64,000 bases of DNA from Felis catus (lineage: Eukaryota). The translations under genes and the position numbers were made by a program. Positions 38,615 through 52,212 of this stretch are shown here, piece by piece. Positions within the stretch are counted from its first letter, which is position 1. Each line of letters begins with the position of its first letter. The DNA is taken from contig NC_058368.1 in the NCBI RefSeq assembly GCF_018350175.1, forward strand, positions 202,432,001 to 202,496,000. Direction: 5' to 3'. Under the pieces are notes generated by a model. The model was not told where the DNA came from, ran no database searches, and saw nothing but the letters and a program-made list of their open reading frames with translations.

Positions 38615-38800
38615 TTATAATTGATATAATGAATATTATCATATATAATATATATATCGTATATAATATATATAATGAATATTATCGTATATAATATATA
38701 TATTATATCACATATAATATATATAATGATATATAAATATATGTGCTATATTAGTATGTATAGCACATGTACTAATATTAATATTATTGATATAATTGTA
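38615..38800. repeat. AT-rich low-complexity minisatellite-like tract
   Basis: ATATAATGAATATTATC repeated at 38624 and 38670 within TA runs. Confidence 0.85.
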
Positions 38801-39879
38801 TTTGAGATTTGTATTTCGCATCACCAGAAACATGGTGATGTGAAATGAACCCTATACTGGAAATTAGTATATGTAGGACTTCATTCAGATTGTGTGCCTT
38901 TCATTTTCTATTTAATCTAGGGAGAAGCCCTTACAGTGAGTGATTCATGCCTATAAACTTGATGGAAAGTTATGAAGTTCAAACGAAATGAAATGCATGT
39001 ATGTATGTGTGTATACACACACATTCATAAGATTCATGATGCCATCTTTCTCACATTAACACATTTGCTGACATTGACATTATTACCTGTGTGTGGTGAG
39101 TTGCTTAATACTTTCTGCAGGCAAATATTGATTCTGCTAAAGACCACTAGGTGTCCTCTACTGGTTGTGTTACCTCAGGGTTCTATATTCTAAAAAAACA
39201 AAATTGTCTTCTTTGGCAATTGTTCACTTACACTCTCTTAAAATCACCTAATTCTTGGCTGTTTATGTCTAGGTAAAATAGATGACTATGGCTATTCATA
39301 TATGCAAAAATAATTTCTCTTTCCCTATACTTTCTCCTCAGGTTAAACAAAGAGTTTATGTTCTTTCTTTAAGGAATTATTTTTATTCTGAGAGAATTGT
39401 TTTCAATTATTATACTGTGTATTTTCTAAGATGATATTTTAACAGATACCCTGAAGTTCTAAAGTACAATGTGAAAAGCTCTATTTGGGTATGAAATGTT
39501 GTGAGGCCAAGACAGTTAAGTAGAATTAACAAAGTATGCGTGGGTATACGTCTGTGTGTGTGAGAGGTGAGATACGTGATTTTATGAACACTCTTTGTTA
39601 GTGCCCTATAGCACACCTATATAATTCTGATGCTTTGGACATGGAATTCTCAGTTTCATGAAAAACAAGATCATATTTGAAATGTTCAGACCTTTATTTT
39701 AAGATTAAAATTCTAGACTTTATTAATGTCCTGTTATGGGCCCAGCCTGTGTTTCCATTTTGCACGTTTTTATACACTTCCATGGCTGTATGTTGATAAT
39801 AGCCAGACACGTATCCAAAGCTTTAAAATCACATACCTCCTATCTCAAAGTCTACACAAGTGCGTGACGTCTCTATAAA

Positions 39880-40740
39880 GATATCTCTTGAGATCCTCAA
39901 GCTCAGTATGTCCATTTCCCTTTCAAGTGTTCTCCTTCTCTGTTTCTTTTTACTCAGTTAAAATCTCAGCGGTATCCTTGACTTCTCCTTTGCTTTCAAT
40001 CTCTGTAGCTAGCAATAACCAGATCCTATTGGTTCTACTTCTTGAAGGCGGTTTGAATTCTCATACTGTATCCCTGAATCTTCTCTATCTTCATCCTAGT
40101 TCAAGCCAACACCAGTCATCGCTCATTTTTTATATTTCTCATTTTATAATAGACTAATTACTAGACTTTAAAATTCACCCTTGCTTGTCTTCCCAAGACC
40201 TCAAAAGTGCTATTTTTAAAGAGCAAATATTACTATGTCATCTACCTACTGAAAATGTTTCTATGATTTTTCATTACTATTAGGAAAAAATCCAAAATTC
40301 AAGGTCCTTTGAAATCTGAGTCTTTTTATTTGAGCCTGGGAAACTACTTGCTCCTTATTTTTTACTATGCTGGACTTCTTTATATGCTGTTTTAAGACCT
40401 TACATATGTTGTTTACTTTTCCCAGAATTTTGTTTCTTTGGCCAACCCAGTTTATCCATCACATTTTGTTCCTTTAATGTTGACTTTAATTTAAACTTCT
40501 TTGGGGTAGAAATACCTAATCTCTCAGGTAATGTGAATTCTATCTATAATATCCTGGCATAGCCCATGTGCTTTTGCTTTATAACACTCATCACTTTTGT
40601 AATTTCTCTTCAATGATGCTTTTCCAACTATATATTAAATTCCAGAAGTGGGGGAAAGTCATAAATTTCTTGTATCTTTAGTTCCTAGCAGAGTGTCTGG
40701 AAAATAATAAGGCATAGGAACACTTGCTAAATGAGTTAGA
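39880..40740 (+). mobile_element. L2 remnant
   Basis: Pyrimidine-rich: atccttgacttctcc...cctagttcaagcc...cctacctactgaaaa-like...gttcctagcagagtgtctgg...ttgctaaatga. Confidence 0.55.
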
Positions 40741-43700
40741 TTATGCCCTCAAGGAAATTTCAGATTAGTAGGAAAAGCAAACATGTAAATAAACAGGCAA
40801 GCAAAACACTAGAGTGTCTTGAATCCAATATTAGAGGCAATTATAGTATAGACAACAAAACAAGAGAGACAGATGCATTATGAGAGTGTGGTGGAAGGTC
40901 GAAGAGAAGCTCTAAATAAGGCTTCCTAGTCATGACAACTTTGAAAACTAAGTTTGAAAGTATATGTCCTTCCAAGTGGATAAGCCTGGGAAATATTCCA
41001 AGGGCATTTAGAAATCATGAATAAAATCAATCAAGTTCTTCCTTTATAGATGGAGATGATAATAATTTTCTGCCCAATATCATAGAATTGTATAGAGTCT
41101 CCAATGAGGTGTTATTGTTGAGCATACTTTGAAACCAGAAAGTTTATAGAAATGTAAATTGTTGTTATCACAAAAGTTGCTACTAGTTTAAAATATGAAA
41201 AATCTCAACAGAGAGTTCGACTGTTGGCTCTTTAATGTGCTTACTGCCTGTCCATACATTGGAAGTATTATAAACACTATTATGGATTACTTCCGCCTGA
41301 AATATACTGAGTATAGAATTGAAGTAGCAAATAAATCAAACAATTTAGGTCAAAGTGCATTTAGCCTCACATTTATCTGACATAATTTTTCTAGAAAAAA
41401 TGTTTCCATTTTCCCTTCCATTGTGCACACAGTTACAACATGTATTATGGCTACTGCTATTTTAGACTCATCCACCTGCTGTTAGAGTGAAAACTGGGAA
41501 TGCCATTTGTTCATGAGTATCGGACACAAAATTTATGATGTGATTCTGGTTTAAACATGAATTCTGGTTCAAATTCCAGAGTGTTCATAATAAACATGTG
41601 TTACTTTAATTATCTAGGTAATTATCTCAGTTGAATAGGTCACTTTTGTTGGTCCTGTATACTGTGGTGCACCTGTCTACAAGCGAGAAAGGTGTGATGA
41701 GATATGACATAAATTGGAAGATGTTACAGTGCCACCCAAGAATATTTTATTGTTATAAATGATTAAATGAAATTAAACTACCTTCTGAAGGCAATGTCAA
41801 ATATACTTATCTAATCATAAAGAGAGAAATGTGTGCTTTTTTATTGTTAGTTTATAACAAACCTATTTTTTACTTTAGGTACAACATCAAAGAGGTTTTT
41901 TTTTATTAATTTGAAGTATTTTAGGAAACAAAATTATGTTTGCCTTATGTCAAAAGTAGTAGTTGATACCTGCTTCACTGAGCAAAGCATAGTAATTGAG
42001 GTACATTAGAAATTGTCACAGAAAGTCAGTTTTCTTAACTCACTTATAACTGTAATGAAGGCTCAAGAATAAATAAAATTAGAATCCTCAATCACACTGG
42101 ATAATGGCTGAGAAAGACCTACTTTGACTACTCTTTCTGTCTTGCTGACGTATTCACTTTAGATTTTGTATTAGAGGAGTCGCGTCTTAGTGTGAAAACG
42201 AAATACATTTGGTTGGTTATATAATTCTGGTGGCTATTTTGAGTTAAGCCTGCCATTTAGGACATTTTTTTAAAAGAGGGTTAAAGGGGTCAAAATCTTT
42301 TCTTATTACATCTTAAAGTGAAAGTAGACATTGAGTAAGGATTCCGGAAGCTAGTCCCAAGATTCTATATAATTTAAAGCAGTTGCAAAGAAAAAGAATA
42401 GCTGTTTTGAGATCATCTTATTCGTCAGGAGTGGTGAAATCAAAAAGGATTTCCCAGTAAGATTGGTCATCAAGTGTGAATTTTGCAATAATGTGCTAAT
42501 TATCTGAATGTGCTACTTTTTTTGTCATTACTGTTGTGGACATATGAGTTCGGTGGACATATGAGTTTGGTGAACATACAAAGTAAAGGAAGTTTAGCTT
42601 AATTAAAATGAAAGTCAGGAGTATGTTGTACAATTTATGTTTAGATACCATCCTCTCACTTAAAAAAAATATGGCCAATGACTTCTACTTGGCCTATATG
42701 GTTGTTTTAATAATTGAAGAGAAAATTCATGGGAAAGGACTTTGTGCACTCTACTGTGGAAAGTCTAAAGAGACTTATTAATTTAATTTGAGATATAATT
42801 TTTATCATATAAATTAACTTAAGATGTAATTAGCTAGTCAAATTATTTCAATGATTTTTTTCATAGAATTTATGAAAGAATAAAATTCTTACCTTCCTGA
42901 ATATTGTAGATCATAGCAGAGAGTAAAAGGTAGAGTTTGGACTGTGGCAGCGTGTGCTTTGAAATTTAGAATCCAAGGGCTATAACTGACTAATAATATC
43001 TAACAAAACTACTTGGAGTATCAGTTAACTTTGTGGAGGTTACAGTGTTTGAGTATGGGAAGCAGTTCTCCATTATGTGAACATATTCATCTCCGTGACA
43101 CTGAGGAGAAGCATAATAAATGTCCAGAACAGATGCTTCTAGTTGACTGGGAGTGAATCATAAGTATACAAGTGTACAAGTTTTAATAATATTGTACAAT
43201 TAAAATGCTTCCCCTTTTTATTTAATCTGAAATTCAGAGAAATGCAGTCTTCGCTAGTCCTTAACCTGGTAGAGGATGACCTCCCCTCCTTCCTCTGGCA
43301 TGTATTTGCTGTAGAAGCAAAATAATTTTAGAATGACAGATATTACCAAAAGAAAATGCTACTAATTTGTTAGGGAAGGGTTACTGAAGAACTTCTAGAT
43401 TTATGATCATTTAGGCTCACATAAATTATTACCTTTAGAATAATATTAGAACATGTATGGATTCCAAAAGTAGTATATGTATTTCCTCTTCTGACTTTCA
43501 GGGCCAGGTTATCAGTAATAGACTTGAAAGTACTAAATGACTGATGAGTCATTTTTATGGCTTTTTCAGCTTGAAGAGTATCCTATAGACCTTCAAATAT
43601 ACTCAAACATTACCAAATAACATTGTAGCAGGCTACTGGTTGGCGGGTGGAGAGAGTAATTCTTGAATAGTAGAGAGCAATTCTCTATACAAAAAAGATA

Positions 43701-46158
43701 GATATATGAATATGTGTATCATAACTTGAGTGAGAGGTGCCTTTGTGTGAGAGACGGGCTCTACAGGCTGTAAGAAGTTTAGTTGGGCTGCACAGGAGAC
43801 AGGGAGACATCAGAAGGCAATTAAGAAAAAATATTTTACAGTTTTGCTGAAGTCTTTCCTTGTTGCCAAATTATCAGTATTTGCCTAATATCAAAGATGA
43901 ATGTTTTAGTGTTTCTAAGTGTTACTGCTGGACTTTTACCAACTAAATCAACCATCCCCCTTCCGTTTAATAGAATTGTTATTTCAGATGTTCCAAAAAT
44001 CTCCAAAGTCTTGAAATTAGAAAAGTGACTCTGTGGCTTCAGATTAAAAAAAAATTTCCAGTTAGCACATGTTCTAGCAAAATGCTACTGTTTTTGAAAG
44101 AATTCTGTTCAGTAGCGTATTTCTTAAATGTATGATTCTATATATCCAGTTAAACACTGTGTATGTAATATATACTAACTCTTCTAAATAAAAATAAGAG
44201 ACTAGGTGGTTAGATACTTACCTGACTTCTCATTTGCCAACTTCATGTCTTTATATGATTACCAAGTATAGTATTTCATATATATTAAATGACCATCCAC
44301 CACATGCTAAGCACTGTACTACGTACAGGAGTATAAAGATAGATAATCCACAACCATGGCTAAAAGTGATTTTGTAATCGAGTGGAGGGGTTAGAAAAGG
44401 ACATCAACGCTCATAACAGATGTGTGAATTCTTATCTATTGGAAATTGCTGAATGGAAGATTTTAATAATGATTCTAAGGCTATATCTCATTTCAGTCTG
44501 AATCACAAAGCTCGATCAATTCATAAAGTTGCTAATGGGAGCAGGAGTATGGAGTGGTGGTATCTGGACCAAGTATCTGCCATCCTTTGATTAGTCATTA
44601 GAAACAAAAAGGGCTATTAAATACCACGTGTTACTAAAATGTGAAATCTGCCGAGTTTTACAAACCAAAAAAAAAAAAAAGCACTTTTATTTAATATAAT
44701 ACTAAAACCGCATTGAGTTTGCAAAATGACTTCCATACTGGAATAGGAAATATTTCATTCAAATCATTGAAATTTGTGAAAGACTCCTAAATATTGAAAG
44801 TTTTTTTTAAGAAGAAAGACAATATATTTAAATTTCATACACAGTATTATAACATCTGTAATTAGTGAGAGAATTTAGCAAAAAAGAACCTAGATTCTCT
44901 CTCTTTCTCTCTCTTTTCTATAGTACAGATGCTCTTGCATGGGACTCCTAACTAGAAAATGTGTTATTCCAATTAAATGAATGATCCTTAAGAAATATCA
45001 AGAAGCTAAACTGTATTCGGGACCTGAATGCCCAACAGCAAATCAGCTGTTCTGTAAATATGGAAACACCCGCTCTATTCAGAATGCTTGAATTGTGTCC
45101 ACATTCTGTGCATAAGTATCATGTTCATCTTTGTGCCTCCTAGTTCCTGCCCCTGCACTGAGTGACTTGTAGTATGGATACCTGCAGATACTGCTGCAAT
45201 TTTCTTTCCTGATGAACCCTTGTGTTGATAGAGTCTACCTACAAAACAAATGTATTCTTTCCATCAAAGGCTGTTCTCAAATATCCCTTCAGTGGTAAGA
45301 CTATTTATTGATGTTGTTTTTATTATTGTGGTGGTGATGGTGGTTGTCAGTCTTGTTGAGAAGAAGCAGGCCAGTGAAATTACCCTGAGTCTCGGGCTGG
45401 ATAATACTATCTGTTCTTCAGAGAAGTGAGGAGTCAGATGTTCTAGCTGTAATGATAGATGTCATGATAGAAAATCAACTCCTTTCTCTGCTTCCTGAGA
45501 AAGCGAAGTCCCTCCAATATCAATTCCTCTTATCCCCTTTACTTCTATGGAAGCAGGAATTTTTCCCTGTCCTCCCTCTGTCACATCTCCCATTAGAAGG
45601 TTTGCTAACAATGAGTGTAAACGAAATCTCTGTTAGTAATTTTTTTTACAACTGTGAAAAAAGAGACATAATTCTCTTATCAGGAGACACACACACACAC
45701 GGGAGAGAGAGCCTTAGCATAGGGTCAGGGCATCCTATTTGAGGACTTTGGGTACTATCTATTTCATTATCCCTTCAACTGAGGAATGGAATATTGGGGG
45801 TGAATAAGTCAGTGTGATACACTCCTTAGATGGAGAACTATTGATTTTATCTATTCATTAGTTGCTATATTATTTTATTTCTGCCTTTCAAAACGGATAA
45901 AAGTTGTATGGAAAAAAAAAGGTCATTAACGAGATGATTAAATTCAAAATAGAATACTTCCAAATTGGCAAAATAAGTTACTTAACTTGCAAGACCAAAG
46001 ATATCAAGTTAATTATTTTTCCTTTCTACCTAATATAGATATCCAGACGATATTTATTTTATTCAATTATTTTATTTGACACGGAAAGTAAATGACTGCT
46101 TCAGGTTAAAAACTACAATTTAAATGTGATACAATTTTACACATCCTATAAACATTTT

Positions 46159-46377
46159 ATTTTTTTAAGATTTAAAAAAAATGTTTATGTATTTATTTTC
46201 AGAGACAGAGACAGAGAGGGGCGGGGAGAGACAGAAGAGAGGGAGAGAGAGAATCCCAAGCAGGCTCCATGCTGTCAGCACAGAGCCTGATGAGTCTCCG
46301 TCTCACAACCATGAGATCAAAACCTGAGCTGAAATCAGGAGTTGGACGATTAACCAGACTGAGCCACCCGGGCTCCC
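46159..46377 (-). mobile_element. Can-SINE
   Basis: TSD TATAAACATTTT at 46147-46158 and 46379-46390. Confidence 0.92.
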
Positions 46378-46464
46378 TTATAAACATTTTCTTCGAAATT
46401 ATGCTATTAAATTTTTCCTAGGAAAAAAAAAGTGTTCAGTATATTTTTCTAAAGAAAATAATCA

Positions 46465-46676
46465 GGGGCGCATGGGTGGCGCAGTCGGTTAAGCGTCCGA
46501 CTTCAGCCAGGTCACGATCTCGCGGTCCGGGAGTTCGAGCCCCGCGTCGGGCTCTGGGCTGATGGCTCAGAGCCTGGAGCCTGTTTCCGATTCTGTGTCT
46601 CCCTCTCTCTCTGCCCCTCCCCCGTTCATGCTCTGTCTCTCTCTGTCCCAAAAATAAATAAACGTTGGGAAAAAAA
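46465..46676 (+). mobile_element. Can-SINE, young SINEC_Fc type
   Basis: CpG-intact. Perfect TSD AAAGAAAATAATCA at 46451-46464 and 46677-46690. Confidence 0.96.
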
Positions 46677-46984
46677 AAAGAAAATAATCAAAATAATTTC
46701 CTCACAGTTCAGTCATGCAGGCATGTAACTGTTACAAACTTGGGGCTGCCAAACGAAATCAAGGTGTCATTGAATTTGGGAGAGGGTTTCCTTAGAGTGT
46801 TCCCCTTGTGCTCTAACAGTTTTTAGAAATCTTGTTCGGTATTTCCTAGTGTGTGGTTTGTTGTGATGGTTTTGTGGAGACGCAATTTTGTTTTTGTTTT
46901 TTAGTATTGAAAGTGTTACCACTCAGTCCAGGGTATCTTGGTAGCTTTTTGCAGGGATGTCTGTATGTTGTTCCACTACATACC

Positions 46985-47240
46985 CATCACAGGTAGGCGA
47001 GCAGTCTTGCTCCTTGTTGCCTGGAACCTGGATGCAGACGGATGAGGCAGGTCCCATCTTGATCACTGCGAGTCATTTTCACAAGGAAATAAAAGCTGTG
47101 TAGGGTCTTGATGGACAAGATCAGATCAGTAAGTGATCTGACCCCAAGGTGATACATATTACTTTCCATAACTCTTTGGCTAGAAATTGTCGCCTCACCT
47201 CATCCAGTCACGAGAGAGTCAGGAAAGACAATCCACTATG
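46985..47240 (-). mobile_element. Possible highly decayed RTE-clade LINE reverse-transcriptase relic
   Basis: Minus-strand peptides SGLSFL / QRVMES...GVRSLTDLILSI / RPYTAFISL*K / QDG...QQGARLLAYL are collinear with recalled RTE RT motifs (see findings). Confidence 0.4.
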
Positions 47241-47539
47241 GACCTGCGAGGCAGCGAGCTACAGCTACATGTTTAACAATAGTACTTTAGGCGTTGGAAT
47301 AGCTGAGAGATGGAGGCAGAGTGTGTTTCAGATGGGTTACTAGATTGGCCTGTGACTAACTTGCATTAAACTTGAACCTATTCACAGTAAAGTCATGGAC
47401 TTGCTTGACCGTCCCATTGTTTTTCTCTCATGGATATTTTTGGTTTTAGACAAACAACCATCTCACTAGTGATGAGGTCATGATGGAGGAAACATGCTAT
47501 ACCTTCCTATGATATAGTCACTATATCATTTATTAAGTT

Positions 47540-48030
47540 ATTCATTCTTTGTTTTGTTGAATAAATATATTATGGACTCATAGTATGTGCTATGCATATA
47601 GATTACAAGAGTACACACACAGAAAGAGCTTCCATTATTAATTAATGTAGAGTCGAATCATATAAGTAGAAAGGAATTGAAATATAGTGTGCTGTGAGGG
47701 AGGAAATGACAGAGTTCTCTGTGAAGATGTATCACACTTTTGGGACTAGAGAAAGCTTCCTGCAGGAAGTGATCTCTGAATTGAGACTTCTAAGATGCGT
47801 AGGACTTAATGAAAAAAAGTAAGAGAATGATGTCATAACCAAGGGAGTATTTCTTAAGTGCAAAGACATTTAAGAGTGTCTTTAAGTAAAGCCTACATAG
47901 TCCACATAGCTTGAATAGAGAGAGAAGTTGGAAAGATAAACTGGTATTTTGGAAGTCAAATTTAAGAGTATAGTCTTTATCCTGAGGACAGTAAGAAACA
48001 TTTGAATGGTTTTAAGCAACAATGTGATAC
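47540..48030 (-). mobile_element. L2 3' fragment
   Basis: ttcattc...atatattatggactcatagtatgtgc..., agagaaagcttcctgcaggaagtgatctctgaattgagac, ctttatcctgaggacagtaagaaacatttgaatggttttaagca. Confidence 0.6.
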
Positions 48031-48039
48031 ATTTATTTC

Positions 48040-48260
48040 ACAAATGTATAATGCTTACTCTGAAACTATATGTTCTTCTAAGAACTTCCAAATATTAATT
48101 TAATTAATCCCCTCGAAGAACCCTATGTAGTAGGTAGTATCATTATTTCATAAACAAATGAAGCTGAGGAACAAAGAGATGAACACTGCCTAAGTTGCAC
48201 TAGGCTAGTCAATGACAATGCCAGGATTCAAATCCATGCAAACTGCATGGTCCAAAGTCT
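48040..48260 (-). mobile_element. MIR fragment
   Basis: aaccctatgtagtaggtagtatcatt...gaagctgaggaacaaagag...gccaggattcaaatcca. Confidence 0.65.
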
Positions 48261-49039
48261 TCACAAACAGGTCTTGCCCTCTCTCTCCTGTATTGCGTAG
48301 ATGTAAATGTGACTGAAAACAGCATACAAAAAGAGGTTTGTAAAAAGAGGCAGGTAAGATTTCTGGTAGGTCATCCATTAAGTGTCATTGCTATAATTTA
48401 GACAAGAGATGAGATAGGGTGACAATAGTGCTACTATCATGTGACGTCCTTCCTGAGTTCACACAGTGCTTAGAAAGCTGATGGACATTCCTTTAGGCAT
48501 CAGGGAACAGGCACTTACTATGGATGACTCCATCAGAGATGCCTCTTGGGTATATCAATTATAAAGCAATCTTTATTTTACTTAGTTTTTGTAAGTGAAC
48601 TCAACCTTAATAGGAATTTAAATCACTCTATTAATGCAAGTACTGATTTCCAAGCTTCAAAACATCAGACTTAGTGTGAGTTTAATAATTTATTAAATGT
48701 GGATGGGTATTTGCATAATTTAATCTCCTAGCCTCCACATTAAAAAGAATTACAATGCTTAATTTTTTGACTTTGGCCCAATCAAGTAGAGCACAATAAG
48801 TGTTATGAATATATGATATAATTGGAATATTTTTTTTACAAGAAGACTTTATTGTACTTGAAATTTGGAGAACACCAGAATTATACAGACATTGAGAGTG
48901 CTTCATAATGTATCCATTATCCTTAGAATGTGTTACTTTTGTTTGGATTTCATTTTTCAAACAATTCATTCTTTAAAAATACTTAAAAATCAAACACAGT
49001 TCTTAGCCTATTGGTGAATGTTGCTACTGTTATTATTTT

Positions 49040-51170
49040 TTTAATCGTTTTTTGATTCTATGCCTTGTTCCAATTCATTTGTATTTATTTTATGGCCTAG
49101 AATAGGGCTATCTTAGTGAATGTCCTTATATGTACTTAAATATATACACTTTCTGCTGTTATTGGTTAGAGTGTTCTATCATCGACAACTGACAGTGGTA
49201 ATTCTAATCATTTATATCCCTACTGATTTTTATGATTGCTTGTTCTGGCAATTCTTGAGAGAGAGAGTAAAATATGCAACTATCATTTTGGATTTGTCCA
49301 TTTCTCCTTTTAGTTCTATCAGTTTTTACTTTATGTACTTTGAAGCTGTGCTAGGAGTTTTTTTTTAAAGTAATTTTTAATTTTTTTTTATTTATTTTGA
49401 GAGAGAGATCACAAGCAGAGAAGGAGCAGGGAGAGAGGGAAGCAGAGAATCCCAAGCAGGCTCCACGCTGTCAGTGCAGAGCCCAACATGGGGCTTAACT
49501 CACAAACTGTGAGATCATGACCTGAGCTGACATCAAGAATCAGCCACCTAACCAACTGAGCCACCCAGGCGCCTCTGTGCTATGAGTTTTATACATTGTG
49601 AAGATGGTCATGTCCTCTTGATGAATTGCTCTTTTATCACCATAAAACGAGCCTTTTAATCTTTAATATCTACTTTGATGTAAATATAACCACTTCATCT
49701 TTTTAATTAATATTTGTATACCCTTTTCTACCTTTTATTTTCAAGCTGTGTTTTTATTTTCAAGTATCTTGTAGACAGCAAGTGGTTAAATCTTGCTTCT
49801 GTTTATAAAATCTAATCTCTGCCTTTTAACTGAAACCATTTACATTTAATGTTTTGATTGCTATCTTTGGGTTTAAATCTACCCTCTTAGTAATTGTTTT
49901 CTATCTACCCATATATATTTTATTTGTTTCTTTTCCCTTATTTCCTTGTATTTTAATATTTTTTATGTTTCTATTTTATATCCACTATTGAATTAGTAAC
50001 GATCCCTCATTCTTTCCTAATGCTTGTCTAAGATTTACAATATGTATATTGAGCTTATCACAGTCTACATTCAAATAGTATTATACTATTTCACATATAG
50101 TATATTTCCAGTGTCCCTTTGTTGGCTTTTGTGCTATTGTTTACTTCTATGTTCATTATAAATCCCACATTATGTTGTAATTATTTTTGCTTTAAATAGT
50201 TGTCTTTTAAAATATTTTTTTAAAGAGTTTAAAAATGCCTTTTAATGCTTACTGTTACCATTGTTTTTCATTCCTTTGTGTAGGTCTAAGTTTTTATCAG
50301 GTTTCATTTTTCTCCTACATGAGGAAGTTCCTTTAATGTTTCTTGTAGTGCTGGTCTGCTGTTTGAATTCTCTCAACTTTTGTATGCCTGGTACTCATTG
50401 TTTTGTCCTGAGTTTTTAAAAAGTATTTGTGCTGCATATAGGGTTCTAGGAAGGCTTTTTTTTTCCTTTAACACTGTAAAGATATCACTCGATTTTTTTC
50501 TGCATGCGTTGTTTCTGATGAGAAATCTGATATTCTTCTTTTTGTTCCACTGTAGGTTAATGACTTTTTTCTGTGGCTGCTTTTGAGATTTTTCTCTTTA
50601 TCCCTGCCTTTCAACAATTTGATTTTTATGCGCCTTCGTATGGTTTTCTTGTTTTACTTGGAGTTTGTTGATTGGATCTGTGGATTTATAGATATCGTCG
50701 AATTTGTAAAAATACCGGCCATCATTTCATTGTATATTTTCTGTTTCATTTACTCTTTCTTAATCATTCTTTTTTTTGGCCTTTGTAGCAAATTCATATT
50801 CTGCTCAGATCAATATTCAGCCAAAGACTCAAAGGAATCCCTCTGCTGATCTTTGAGTTTTCTCTCTGTGCATCTCCTTCAGCTCTGGTATTTTGCCTTA
50901 CCATGACCTCTCTGTCTCTCCCATCTGTCTCTCAACTTTGTGAGAATGCTAAGCTCTGTTTGGATTCTCTTTTTCTGCACTGTGCTCTGGAAATTCTTTC
51001 TAGACAGGGAGCTGGTGCAAGGTTAGGGTTCACCTTCTTCCAGGGATGATTATTCTGTGCTGTCTGTGATCCAGTATCTTGAAAACCAATGTTTCATACA
51101 GTTTGTTAGGTTTTCTAGTGGCTTAAAATAGGGAGGGAAGCTCAGTCCTTGTTATTTATTCCATTATGAT
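49040..51170 (-). mobile_element. Old L1 (L1M-type 5' region: 5'UTR/ORF1/start of ORF2), antisense, interrupted by a SINE
   Basis: T-rich. ggatttgtccatttctccttttagttctatcagttttt; ttcctttaatgtttcttgtagtgctggtctgct; tttctgatgagaaatctg; ctcagatcaatattcagccaaagactcaaagg (L1MC/MD 5'-end-like). Confidence 0.8.
49362..49574 (-). mobile_element. Can-SINE nested in the old L1
   Basis: TSD CTGTGCTA(G/T)GAGTTTT at 49346-49361 and 49575-49590. Confidence 0.93.
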
Positions 51171-52212
51171 CAGAAAGCAGGATGATATAGCTTGTTTCAA
51201 AATAAAGAATATTTTATAGAGAGATTTTTCATTTCAGAGATAGGTATGACATAATTTGAAACAACAAGATCATCATAATTTTTGCATTTATATGGTATGA
51301 TAACTTACATTATTTTATGGATGTAACTAGATTGTGATATATGACATACTTTGTTTTACAGTTATATCTGTATAGAAGGACCAGGCAAACAGAAAAATGT
51401 GTACATCATAAAAAAACTTTTTCATGGAAAAAGTAAAGATCATTTAACTGACCTTGCATGCTTCATACCATGCTTAACTAGCCATGATTAGGCTTAAATG
51501 GTAGTCATTTAAAGTCTTAACAACTAGTTTGCTCAATTCTGGCTTCTACACCTGGGATTCCCAGAGCTTTGGGTTAGCTTCACCCAGTGCATTCAATCAG
51601 CATAGGCAGTTTGCATACTAAACATAAGACACTCCCCTTTTGTGTACAAAAGATTCCAAAAATAATTCTTGGTCATAATAAAAAGTAACACTTGGGGTTT
51701 GGTATATCATCTTGGACATTCTGGAAGAGGCACATGAAAAATCAAAACTATTTCCCCCAAGAATACAAAATATACTCAGGTAGCCTGGGGCCTTATTGTT
51801 TTTCAGTTATTGAACAATTTTATTATGATAGAATAACAGAGCATTTTAGTTATCTCTCACCACTTTTAGTGGGAGACAATGTGAGGTAGTATGATAGCCC
51901 TGGCTAAAATTTTTTTCATTCCATTTCTTTAACTCCTACTTGCAAAGCAAAAATTTTACTGTGTTTTCATTTCTGATACTAATAACCCTTTTCAAAACAG
52001 ACATGGTTGTAGCTAATTCTTAACCTCATTCTTGTGATACTTAAGGGAAGTGGTTTTAATTTCAATCAAGTGGATCTGCCAATATAGAATACTTCAGGGT
52101 AAAAATGTATGTAGTGAGTGTAGTGAATGTATAAAGTTACGTAGTAAATAAAAGGAAAAATAATCAAGAATATGTTTTATGTGTCTAGGTAGAAATGTAC
52201 ATATACCTTTTT

